The notes beneath the pieces were generated by a model that searched no databases, had not been told where the DNA came from, and saw nothing but the letters and a program-made list of their open reading frames with translations. The translations under genes and the position numbers were made by a program. Positions 10,302 to 19,536 of a stretch of DNA of 64,000 nucleotides are shown in pieces (positions within the stretch are counted from its first letter, which is position 1; each line of letters opens with the position of its first letter). Origin of the DNA: Candidatus Ozemobacteraceae bacterium (GTDB lineage: Bacteria; Muiribacteriota; Ozemobacteria; Ozemobacterales; Ozemobacteraceae); NCBI GenBank assembly GCA_965140445.1, contig OZ223236.1, positions 96,001 to 160,000 on the forward strand. The letters are read 5' to 3'.

Positions 10302-11465
10302 ATGAGAATCTTCTACGCTTCTGGCGAATCGCCATTCGCTGGAATTTCTTCTCAACTCTGGCGCAACAATCTTTACATGACTCTGGTAAAAATGGGGCAT
10401 GAAGTTTTTGAATTCACCTATGAACACATGAATGAAACATTCATGCATCTGGACGCAAGTAGACCCGACAGCAAAACCTTTATACAGTCTAACCGCCCAA
10501 GACTTTCAAGAGAGCTTTTAAAGCAAATATCCAAGCTTCATAAAGAGAAGCCAATAGACCTTTTCTTCAGTTATTTTTATGATAGCTGCATTGATCCAGC
10601 GGCTCTTGAAGAAATTAAAAAGATGGGAATCCTTACCATAAACTGGTATTGCAACGGATCATATCAGCTTCATCTGGTTAAAGAAATTTCCCCTTATTAC
10701 GATTTCTGCCTGGTTCCAGAGAAGTTTCGCCTAAAAGATTACAAAGCTATGGGAGCAAACCCCATTTATTGCCAGGAAGCAGCTAATCCTGAAGTTTACC
10801 ATCCCTATGATGTAGATCAGGAGTTTGATGCAGCCTTCATTGGTCAGGCTTATGGCGATAGACCAGCCAACATAAAGTTTCTACGCAACCAGGGAATAGA
10901 CATTAGGGTTTGGGGTTCAGGATGGAACCAGTTATCTTCCTCTCCTGCCTGCACAATAAAAAGAAATCTCAAGCGAACTGCGCACATTGCCAAGCGATTG
11001 ACTCAGATTTTAAGAGGTCGAGATAGCATTGAGAATCTTAAGAAAACCTTTAAACAGTGGAAAGAACTCCCTTCATTCTCCAGCACAACACTTGGACCGC
11101 CACTTTCAGATGAAGAAATGGTTAAAATGTATAGTCGTGCCAAAATCAATATAGGTTTCTCCAGTTGCGGTGAAACCCACAAAGACGAAGAGCGCATTTT
11201 GCAAATACGCCTGAGAGACTTTGAAGTTCCTATGAGTGGTGGCTTTTACATGGTTGAATACATGGAAGAATTGGAAGAATTCTTTGAGATTGGGAAAGAA
11301 ATGGTTTGCTACAAGGATATGACTGATTTAGCCAATAAAATAAAATACTATCTAAAAAACCCGGAAGAAAGAGAAGCCATACGAATTGCAGGGCATCAAC
11401 GTTGCTTAAAAGACCATACATGGCAGAAAAGATTCGAAATGGCCTTCCGAGAAATGGGAATTTAG
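10302..11465 (+). CDS. CgeB-like glycosyltransferase (GT-B)
   Basis: RLRDFEVPMSGGF, DHTWQKR C-terminal motifs. Confidence 0.85.
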   Translation: MRIFYASGESPFAGISSQLWRNNLYMTLVKMGHEVFEFTYEHMNETFMHLDASRPDSKTFIQSNRPRLSRELLKQISKLHKEKPIDLFFSYFYDSCIDPAALEEIKKMGILTINWYCNGSYQLHLVKEISPYYDFCLVPEKFRLKDYKAMGANPIYCQEAANPEVYHPYDVDQEFDAAFIGQAYGDRPANIKFLRNQGIDIRVWGSGWNQLSSSPACTIKRNLKRTAHIAKRLTQILRGRDSIENLKKTFKQWKELPSFSSTTLGPPLSDEEMVKMYSRAKINIGFSSCGETHKDEERILQIRLRDFEVPMSGGFYMVEYMEELEEFFEIGKEMVCYKDMTDLANKIKYYLKNPEEREAIRIAGHQRCLKDHTWQKRFEMAFREMGI

Positions 11466-11469
11466 CTGG

Positions 11470-12957
11470 CTATTTACCGAAAACCCTGAATTTTAATCCA
11501 CCAATGGCCGAATAGATCTTCTTTTTTTCCTCAGCAGTAAGCATTAACCATATAACCAACCAATAACCGAAAAGCAATGCAACTCTACTCTGTGCCTGTA
11601 CAGGAATCCAATCTGCGGTGTTATTCATTGCCGCGACCCAATACCCGGAAATTGTAACAGACAAAAAGATAAACCCCGACAATAGCGCTTGCCGAACACC
11701 TATAAATGCGCCACATTCTCGAAAGAGTCGTCCATAAATCAAAATTATTGTAAAAATTGCGCCACTGGCAAGTGCCATAACCACGCCCCATATCCCAAAA
11801 TATTCAACCTGGGTGTAGCTGATAAAGCCAACCATACTATGAACGCCGATTCCAAGAATAAAGTGAGTTCTATACCACCCTTGTCCTACTAGCATTCCCA
11901 GATAAACTGCAGATATTACATTCAACGATTCAATTACCATAAAAGCATACAAAAAGTCAGACCCTGCTATAAAAGCCGAAGAATAGAGCATTTTAAGCAT
12001 CAACTCCGGGAACAGAACCACGAAAACCATTATTGAGCCTAAAATTAAACTGATGGAGCGCAGATATTGATTTGCAACACCAATCTTTTCCTTTATAGGC
12101 ATGTCGCGCTTAAGAATTGGATCCAAATACAAATTTGTGGCTTGCCCAAGAGCAACAGTTATATACAAAACCATGCCATGAACCGCTTGATATAGTCCGA
12201 CCAGGTGCTCATTACCCTTTTTCAAAAGAGAGTATCTAACCACCATCAGCGCCATTGGACTTAAAAAATATAGAATACACCCGTAAATTATAAGCTCAAA
12301 TGATCCCTCTAACTTGCAAAGCTCCTTATAAACATTGGTTTTTCCGCGCAAAGGGCTAATATTCAGCTCAGATCCAAGCTTCATACCGCAGTAAAAAAGG
12401 ATTCCATACTCGGCAATTGCCTGAGCCACAAAAAAGCCTTTCAAACCAGCCACATACGCACCAATCAGCATGGCCACAGTGCCAGTTATAACATTTAAGA
12501 GCATGGTGATCGCAGAAAATCGATACTTCCCAGCTGTTGTAAAAACGCTTAGCAAAAAGCCCTTTAAAGCCATAGGCATAACCATGCTCAAAGAGATAAT
12601 TGTCAGAAGTTGATATGACTGCAACTGCGGATCAAGCATGGAATTATATTTGTAAATTAACAATGATCCAACGCCCATTCCGAAAATACTTAGGTAAAAA
12701 ATGCCGCGAAAAAACACTTTAACCTGTTTTTCAAAATCTTCTTTGCCATGGGAAAAAGCAACCGCCATATATCTGGTCGCAACCCATGGTAAAGCCAACG
12801 TGCTGACCTGGATTACCAGTTGAACAAACTGGTTTATAAGACTAATTACTCCCAGACCGTCCGGGCCCAATAAAAGAGCCACAAATTTCATTTTCAGGAT
12901 CTGTACAGCCGCCTGAAGAACCTGAATTCCGGCCAAAGAAAGAATTATTTTGAACAT
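11470..12957 (-). CDS. Wzx-type oligosaccharide flippase
   Basis: about 12-14 hydrophobic segments, KFVALLLGPDGLGV N-terminal motif. Confidence 0.85.
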   Translation of the reverse strand: MFKIILSLAGIQVLQAAVQILKMKFVALLLGPDGLGVISLINQFVQLVIQVSTLALPWVATRYMAVAFSHGKEDFEKQVKVFFRGIFYLSIFGMGVGSLLIYKYNSMLDPQLQSYQLLTIISLSMVMPMALKGFLLSVFTTAGKYRFSAITMLLNVITGTVAMLIGAYVAGLKGFFVAQAIAEYGILFYCGMKLGSELNISPLRGKTNVYKELCKLEGSFELIIYGCILYFLSPMALMVVRYSLLKKGNEHLVGLYQAVHGMVLYITVALGQATNLYLDPILKRDMPIKEKIGVANQYLRSISLILGSIMVFVVLFPELMLKMLYSSAFIAGSDFLYAFMVIESLNVISAVYLGMLVGQGWYRTHFILGIGVHSMVGFISYTQVEYFGIWGVVMALASGAIFTIILIYGRLFRECGAFIGVRQALLSGFIFLSVTISGYWVAAMNNTADWIPVQAQSRVALLFGYWLVIWLMLTAEEKKKIYSAIGGLKFRVFGK

Positions 12958-13092
12958 GCCAGCTCTGCTATTTTAGATTTAACCTGCCTGTGAGCAGCTT
13001 AACGCAACTTTTCGGCTTAGGATTTCAAGCCACACTATACAATGCAACATCGCATTAATTCAATGGTTCATTACGATTTAAGAAAAACACCT

Positions 13093-13323
13093 CTAGTAAT
13101 GCCGATACCTCATATAAAGATAGAAGACACATCCCCCAATAACAACCAGAACAACCAACAATAGAGCTATAGCCCCAAGTTTCTCCATTATAAAATCATT
13201 CATATCCTGATCTGGATCTGGAGCAGTTTTAAAAATAATCTTAAGAGAATCCCCGGCAAAACCAATCAGGCCCGAAAAAACATCTGAGTTAAAGTTAGGG
13301 TCCTTGTGATGTCTTCTTCGCAT
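13093..13323 (-). CDS. small membrane protein
   Basis: GGAGG before ATG 13323; C-terminal TM helix. Confidence 0.6.
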   Translation of the reverse strand: MRRRHHKDPNFNSDVFSGLIGFAGDSLKIIFKTAPDPDQDMNDFIMEKLGAIALLLVVLVVIGGCVFYLYMRYRHY

Positions 13324-13427
13324 AGAGCCTCCATTGATAAATCGGATTTTGATCAATAAAAGGATACCAAGAAGCCTGACTAATTCAAAGCTAATTTAAA
13401 GCCACTTTACGGTAGATTCCAAGCAAA

Positions 13428-13652
13428 TCAGGGCCTGAGAAAGTCTTCCAATACCTTATGGTTTATGACAGTTTTGAATTCCAAAGCCTCTTCATTCTTT
13501 TCTGGAAGAACTATAGAAGCCAGTGAGCTGACCTTTGAGTCTTCGCCTTGCGCCGTTGCTGGCAGTCCTTCTCCACCGGATGATAACGAATCGTTACTCA
13601 AAAAATACTCCACAAGGTTACGAAAAGGTGCAATTACTAACTGTTTTGACAT
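13428..13652 (-). CDS. small hypothetical protein
   Basis: AAGGA before ATG; 74 aa, no recognisable motif. Confidence 0.35.
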   Translation of the reverse strand: MSKQLVIAPFRNLVEYFLSNDSLSSGGEGLPATAQGEDSKVSSLASIVLPEKNEEALEFKTVINHKVLEDFLRP

Positions 13653-13854
13653 TTTGAAATCCTTTCACTCTGTAAAACGTGCTACTAGAAGGAAGTAAGA
13701 AACACAGACGCCGTAACAAACCAGAAACAAACATAAAATTCATTCCTAAAAAGAAAACTCCCTCAAAAAGTTGCGGACACTTTAAGAGGGAGTCGCTTTT
13801 GCGAACCTTATTTTTCAGTCTTTTTCTTTTAAAAAACTTAATCCAGGGGTTCAT
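13618..13854 (-). CDS. small hypothetical protein (basic N-terminus, hydrophobic stretch)
   Basis: GAGG before ATG; overlaps the next ORF by 35 nt. Confidence 0.3.
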   Translation of the reverse strand: MNPWIKFFKRKRLKNKVRKSDSLLKCPQLFEGVFFLGMNFMFVSGLLRRLCFLLPSSSTFYRVKGFQNVKTVSNCTFS

Positions 13855-13918
13855 AGAACCTCAATAATGTTAAATTTTTCATGGGCAAATATTAGCCTAA
13901 CATTGAGCCCCGGTCAAC

Positions 13919-13956
13919 AAAAAAATGAGGCCGGTCCAAATTTTTGGAACGGCCCC
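13919..13956 (-). terminator. intrinsic terminator
   Basis: GGCCG-TTCCA/TGGA-CCGGCC stem followed by a U-run on the minus strand. Confidence 0.6.
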
Positions 13957-13987
13957 AATTTTAGATACCTTATTTGTTAAGTTTGGT

Positions 13988-15010
13988 TTACTTGACCTTT
14001 AATGGAACAAACAAAACCTGTCTGTTGCCAGCCAAATCGGTTGCATCCACATACAGATACGGTTCGTCAGGCATATTCAACTCAGCCAGATTAATTTCAG
14101 GCTGATTAACAGGCGAAATAGGAGTGGGTTCTCCACCTGCACCAGCACAAATACCCATTTTCAGTTTATTATTATCAAGCTTGTAGTTATCGCCGCCATT
14201 AACTTTAAGAATCAGCACAGAGTCCGCTGGAACTGTAATTGCAACCTGATCCGGGACAACAACCATACCAGAGCCAAGTTCCAGACCCTGAACAGTTAAA
14301 ACTTCTTCAGGATCAGATTTCTTAACCAAAGCGCCAGTGAAATACACGTCTGCAAGCTTGGGAAGTGGATACTTATTCGGTGGATTTTCCGCCACCCAGA
14401 AAGTTCCATTTGCCCCACCCTTAACCGATACTTCAAGACCACATGTAGGAGGAGTAATATCCAGAACTCTTACATCTTTTGCCGCACTCGAATTTACAAA
14501 TGTGCCTTTTGAAGTGCCTGATTCAGGGTCTTGATAACGCATTTTTCGACCAGCGTAGCAAGTAATAGCGCCCTTACCAGTTGGATTTAACGGAGTAACA
14601 ACCATCTGGTTAACTGCAACAGCGTAAGTAGTAGATGCTGGAGTATTTTTATTCGCTTCCCAGTCAACAAAGAACCATGAAATTGCAGCATTTCTCATCC
14701 ATGAAGGGCTTGGAATTTCCTGCCCTTTATATTCTGCTGGCGGATATGGTTCAAAAATACTTGTATCTGCTACAACTGTAATAGGTATATCTTCAGTCAA
14801 AGTGGCCGGAATTGCTTCGCCATTTTCCATGTATATCTTCATGGGAACTATCGGACTTAGCTCTGCTGGATGTGGCCCAATCGTTACCCCTTCGAGCCAT
14901 GGAGCATCTTTTGCGAAAGATGGACCGATTAGTGCTAAGCTAATAAGTACTGTTACAAATATTAGAGAAAACCTGATCTTCATTTTTTTATCCTCTGTTG
15001 CTATAGCCAA
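13988..15010 (-). CDS. exported protein with Ig-like motifs
   Basis: signal peptide; VLDITPP and YVDATDLAGN motifs. Confidence 0.75.
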   Translation of the reverse strand: MAIATEDKKMKIRFSLIFVTVLISLALIGPSFAKDAPWLEGVTIGPHPAELSPIVPMKIYMENGEAIPATLTEDIPITVVADTSIFEPYPPAEYKGQEIPSPSWMRNAAISWFFVDWEANKNTPASTTYAVAVNQMVVTPLNPTGKGAITCYAGRKMRYQDPESGTSKGTFVNSSAAKDVRVLDITPPTCGLEVSVKGGANGTFWVAENPPNKYPLPKLADVYFTGALVKKSDPEEVLTVQGLELGSGMVVVPDQVAITVPADSVLILKVNGGDNYKLDNNKLKMGICAGAGGEPTPISPVNQPEINLAELNMPDEPYLYVDATDLAGNRQVLFVPLKVK

Positions 15011-16291
15011 TTATTCGTTTCTTCCACCTTCGAAAGAAGCCTTAGTGTTAACTACATACAAAGGCATTCTAATATTAGTTATGTTTCCTTCTTTATCTGC
15101 AGCTGTTGCAACAAAGAAATATTCTGGCTGATCTTCATAGTCCTTGCGAGGATAGTTTGGTACGCGGAACATATAGCCTGCGCCGTTCTTTTCAACTTCA
15201 TTTCCATCAGCATCTTCGATTCTGGCATTAACATCGCCTGCGGTAGCTCTAAGGTTGCCATTATCTGTAGACATTGCAGCAAAAATAAATGGAACATTTC
15301 GGCGGACAAATACGCCTTTAAGGTTTTTGCCTTCTCCACCAACAACGTTTACGTGATTGTTGTAGGTTTTCTGATCAATTTTAGCTGTTAAATTTCCAGC
15401 TTCGAATTTTGGCGCGCCACGTTCGTTGAAAAGATTACCAGCGATTGAAAGTCTGGCTGTCTTTTTCCAGGGGATTTCGTCTCTATCTTCATCATCGCCT
15501 TCGTCCAGGAAAATATAACTGGCTGCTTCAAAGTCATCCGCATTCTTTGAAAATGGACGACCTTTATTTTCAATAATTTTTGCTTCCATTGTAGATCGCA
15601 ATTCTTCTTCTGTTTCACTCATATTCACAGATCCAGCGCCTTCCTGGAAAGCGACCCAAAGATCTGGAGAAGTACAATCATGAACCTGAATACCAATTCT
15701 CTGCTGAGCAGTTACAGTGCTTGAGCTTCCGCCTGAAGCCGCTGCAGGATCGGTGCTTGTGCTTGTGCCAGTAGATGTACTGTCACTTCCTGATCCTTCT
15801 CCTTCTGGTACGTCATCTGCAGTTCCGCCAGGAGTTGAAACAAGTCTGGCTCCACCATTATGAACCTGATAGTAACCGGGGGTTGTAATGTTACTGGAGT
15901 TTGTAGCATTATTAGTGTTTTCTGAGCTCTTTGTTTCTAAAGAACCATCATCGCACTCTTTTTTAACTTCCCAGTTGATGTTTGGTTCTGATTCAAAACT
16001 TGCAGTCTCTGCAATAGCAGCTGCATCAACGTTATACAAATCGGAGTTTTCCTGCATAAGATAACCAACGTCTTCAAGCCACTGGAGATCGCCCGTTCCT
16101 GTTTCTGAGCCTCTGAATCCATCTGGCATAACGTATTTGTCATCTTTAACACCAAGACTCATATCTACGCTATCAGGAAGTGTTACAGCTTCAGATGCAG
16201 TATCTTCCGGCTCCTGAGCCAACACAGGAAATGACAATGCGAAAACAAAAACTCCCAGCATTACACATGCCAACCTATTCCAAGATTTCAT
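15011..16291 (-). CDS. exported acidic protein with Ig-like motifs and S/T/G linker
   Basis: signal peptide ending VLA-Q, GGAGG RBS; VHDCTSPD and VATAADKEGN motifs. Confidence 0.8.
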   Translation of the reverse strand: MKSWNRLACVMLGVFVFALSFPVLAQEPEDTASEAVTLPDSVDMSLGVKDDKYVMPDGFRGSETGTGDLQWLEDVGYLMQENSDLYNVDAAAIAETASFESEPNINWEVKKECDDGSLETKSSENTNNATNSSNITTPGYYQVHNGGARLVSTPGGTADDVPEGEGSGSDSTSTGTSTSTDPAAASGGSSSTVTAQQRIGIQVHDCTSPDLWVAFQEGAGSVNMSETEEELRSTMEAKIIENKGRPFSKNADDFEAASYIFLDEGDDEDRDEIPWKKTARLSIAGNLFNERGAPKFEAGNLTAKIDQKTYNNHVNVVGGEGKNLKGVFVRRNVPFIFAAMSTDNGNLRATAGDVNARIEDADGNEVEKNGAGYMFRVPNYPRKDYEDQPEYFFVATAADKEGNITNIRMPLYVVNTKASFEGGRNE

Positions 16292-16348
16292 ACAGTCTCC
16301 TCCGTTTTTTGGTCAAAAATTGTTATCCGACCTTGATCTAATTAATAA

Positions 16349-16375
16349 TACGATTAAACACCCATAGATGTTACA
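16349..16375 (-). promoter_or_regulatory. candidate ECF-sigma promoter TGTAAC-N17-CGTA
   Basis: AAC -35 and CGT -10 typical of ECF promoters, about 60 nt upstream of ATG 16291. Confidence 0.5.
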
Positions 16376-16547
16376 AGTTATTTTTATTATTTATTTTTAC
16401 CTGTAATGGCATTTTCTTAGAGCGTTTTTGTTTATTAAATTTTGTTAGTGGTACCTTATGTGGTCCTCTGAGTCAAAGTTGTTTTGCAAATTCTTTGCAT
16501 ATGACGAGAGCGTAGCAAAACAAATGGCAATATTGTAGAATTCGCAT

Positions 16548-19535
16548 ATGTCTTTCTTATTTGAAAAGAGAAAATTGGGAAAAACTCCAGAAATTGAATT
16601 TGGAAAGCTGGAGAGGTTAAAAAAACTTCTCGCTCTTTTTCTGCTGTTTTTATTATTTGCCTTTCCGCTGCTAACTTTACAAAGCAAGCTTATGCAAATA
16701 CAAGATTTCAGAAAAGCCTGGTCAGAAGCTGAAGAAGAAAACATTCTACGCGAAGAAATGTCAGAATTTAAAAATGATTTCGACTCAGAGTCTTTTTTGA
16801 CCAAGTTTCTCCAGCGCAATCTGCCAGGCGAAATTCTGACTAAGGCCTTTATAAAAGCCAGCATAGAAGAATCCCCGGATAAAAAAAAACAGCTGTTTCA
16901 CAGTATCTTCACATTTGTTTCTGACAAAGTTTTAAACCAACAGCTAAATTTTAAACCTCTCTTTGTTATTGTCTCAGATGAAAGCATGTACAACACTTTC
17001 TCCTACTTTTCCGACGAATTTTTGAAAAAGCAAAAAATTCAGATGATCAACGGAGACTTGGATAACAAAGATTTTTTAAGCCAATTTTTCCTCTTTTTCT
17101 CTTTTTCCGGCAATTCACAATTTTTTATGCCACAAAATCTGGTTGAGAAAATGAATTTGTTTGTAAAAAAGTGGCATAAATCTCCTGAGCAAAGTGAAAA
17201 TTCTAAATATTTTTACAAAGGTGTCATCAGCACCTTTGTAAAAGAGGCACCGTATCCTGGCAAAGTTAACACATACTTCTCTGACATTTTTGGTTTCCAG
17301 AACATCCTTTATTACACGTTTCCAGTGCTCTCCAACAACTATCACTACGGAAGCCTGACTATTGCCTATCTTGATAACCAGTTCTATGACCAAAATCACT
17401 TAAGCTCTATTCCGCTAGTTAATCGAAGCAAGAAAGTAAAAAGATTTTTTGTTTCTCAAAAAACAAAGGAAAACCTGGGCAAAACCAATAAATTTGTTTT
17501 TGAAGAATATTCAGCAAAATTGAATAAGGAAAAACTAAAAAAATTAATTCTTGGGGTAAAAATTTCCAGCCCTGACATCTCCAGGATTTCTAAAGCAATT
17601 GCTTTCACAGGATGGTTAATCAGGCTACTCTGCCTCATGTCTTTCACTATGTTGGTGAGAATAGGACTTTTTGACTATAGCTTACCGATGCCCCTGAGAC
17701 TGAAACTAATGGGAATTTTCTTTTTAGCGATTTCAATCCCTGCAATAGCTGGTGGAATATTATTTTTTGGCATCTTTTCTAATCATGTATCAGTAAAACA
17801 GAGACTGGCAAAATCCCACCTTGAAACCAAACTGAACATGATGAATCTTTCTTATCAGGAAGCCGAAGATAGACAGGTTTTAAACAACCTGTTTTTTAAA
17901 TATCTGTTAGTCCAAAATTCGGAGATCGACTCTCTTACAAACTTTGAAATAAGCAAATATAAAAACTTCTTTGGAGACAACATCCATACTTCTTTTATCT
18001 ACAACAGAAAAGGAGAATCTTTTTCAAGTCTCAACAACCATTATAAGAAAAAAATAGACAGCATAAAGCTTTCCAACAGCATCTTCACTTTGAAAAACAT
18101 TTCAGGCCTAATAGATAATCCCAAAACTAAAAAAGACTTGAAAAAGCTTACTGTTGCAATGGGATTCGCAGACAAGGTTCTTGGTCTTTTTGATTTTTCT
18201 GCGGCAGCCGGCTCCGAGGGAGAAAACATTGCTAGAGTTTCTGACATAAATTCCCTTTCAAGATCTGAATTTTTTCTTTTTCCAGATATGAAACATCCAT
18301 TTTTCCCCCCAAATGGAGTAGGTTTCTTCGAAATATCATCAAGGAATCAATTTTCCAGCCTATTAGTATCAAAGCAAAAACAAAACCTGGATATTTTCAA
18401 TTCCCGTACAGACATATACGACACTGAATTAGCTTTAGCCTTAAGGGATTCTCTCGAGATACACTGCGAGAATTGGTTGTCTCCAGCACTAAGACACACT
18501 CCAGTCTTATCTAAGTTGTTCCAGACTGCCATGAACACTCGATCAACAGGTGAAGCAAATCATGAAAATTCCAACAACATCTTTTACGCATGGCGCTTTC
18601 AAGAAACTATCCCTTTAATTTTTGCAGGAATAACAAAAGTTAACCAAAAAACCCTCACTTCTTTTTACCTTGAGTTAGCCCCCTGGCTTCTTGGGATATT
18701 TTGTCTATTAGCCCTGATTCTTGTATCAGAAATAGTTTCAAATCTGTTTTTATCGCCAATAAAAGTACTTTCCAAAGGTCTAAAACAAATATCAGAAACT
18801 GGCGACTTTAACCTTAGCGTCGAAATTCACAACAATGATGAATTTGATCAACTTGGTTCATCTTTCAATGCTATGACTCGCGGATTAATGATGAAAAAGC
18901 ACATATCAAGATTCGTTTCAAAGAGACTTCTAAATGAAATTGAGAATGAACGGGAAAAAGATTCCAGCAGTTCCTCGAATGAATCGGAAATGACCATTTT
19001 GGCCTCTGACATCCGTGACTTCACTACAATTTCGGAAAACAATCCTCCCGAATTAGTCGTTAACATCTTGAACAATTACTTTACGATTATGGAATCCTGC
19101 ATTCTAAGCGAAGGCGGTATTATCGAAAAATTCATTGGTGACGCAATAATTGCCATTTTCACTCCTGATGAAACTGGAAATTCAGGCCTTCGAGCATGCA
19201 GAGCAGCCGTAAAAATGAGAGAGGCAGTAAAGGATTTCAATAAATCTGAACTGCTTTTAAAAGAAAGTTTTGAGATAGAAAACGGGATTGGGATCACAAC
19301 GGGAAGAGCGATAGTAGCAAACCTGGGAAAAAATTATTCTCGAAAATTTTTCACGATAATCGGTGAACTGCCAGACAGTGCCGAAAATCTTGAAGCACTT
19401 ACAAAATCTGGATCCTTTTCAAAAATTATCATTGATTTGTCTACCAGAAACATGATCAAGAATGAATTCAAAACACTCAAAGTGGTTTCTAGTAATTCAT
19501 TAGAGGCTTATGAAATAATGGATAGGGCAAATTGA
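16548..19535 (+). CDS. membrane class III nucleotidyl cyclase, subunit A (4 TM-HAMP-cyclase; C1-like)
   Basis: HAMP DEFDQLGSSFNAM; ASDIRDFT and EKFIGDA keep both Asp; GELPDSAENL lacks Asn/Arg. Confidence 0.9.
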   Translation: MSFLFEKRKLGKTPEIEFGKLERLKKLLALFLLFLLFAFPLLTLQSKLMQIQDFRKAWSEAEEENILREEMSEFKNDFDSESFLTKFLQRNLPGEILTKAFIKASIEESPDKKKQLFHSIFTFVSDKVLNQQLNFKPLFVIVSDESMYNTFSYFSDEFLKKQKIQMINGDLDNKDFLSQFFLFFSFSGNSQFFMPQNLVEKMNLFVKKWHKSPEQSENSKYFYKGVISTFVKEAPYPGKVNTYFSDIFGFQNILYYTFPVLSNNYHYGSLTIAYLDNQFYDQNHLSSIPLVNRSKKVKRFFVSQKTKENLGKTNKFVFEEYSAKLNKEKLKKLILGVKISSPDISRISKAIAFTGWLIRLLCLMSFTMLVRIGLFDYSLPMPLRLKLMGIFFLAISIPAIAGGILFFGIFSNHVSVKQRLAKSHLETKLNMMNLSYQEAEDRQVLNNLFFKYLLVQNSEIDSLTNFEISKYKNFFGDNIHTSFIYNRKGESFSSLNNHYKKKIDSIKLSNSIFTLKNISGLIDNPKTKKDLKKLTVAMGFADKVLGLFDFSAAAGSEGENIARVSDINSLSRSEFFLFPDMKHPFFPPNGVGFFEISSRNQFSSLLVSKQKQNLDIFNSRTDIYDTELALALRDSLEIHCENWLSPALRHTPVLSKLFQTAMNTRSTGEANHENSNNIFYAWRFQETIPLIFAGITKVNQKTLTSFYLELAPWLLGIFCLLALILVSEIVSNLFLSPIKVLSKGLKQISETGDFNLSVEIHNNDEFDQLGSSFNAMTRGLMMKKHISRFVSKRLLNEIENEREKDSSSSSNESEMTILASDIRDFTTISENNPPELVVNILNNYFTIMESCILSEGGIIEKFIGDAIIAIFTPDETGNSGLRACRAAVKMREAVKDFNKSELLLKESFEIENGIGITTGRAIVANLGKNYSRKFFTIIGELPDSAENLEALTKSGSFSKIIIDLSTRNMIKNEFKTLKVVSSNSLEAYEIMDRAN

Positions 19536-19536
19536 G

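Noticed and set aside
13428..13854. Single frameshifted or stop-recoded gene joining two small ORFs
   Set aside because: T-rich sequence looks hydrophobic in all frames, no clear slip site is present, and TGA acts as a normal stop elsewhere in the window.
15720..15830. Low-complexity S/T/G segment as a DNA repeat
   Set aside because: It encodes a protein linker, not a tandem repeat or CRISPR array.
16445..16864. 139-aa minus-strand ORF
   Set aside because: Antisense to cyclase subunit A with no motif.
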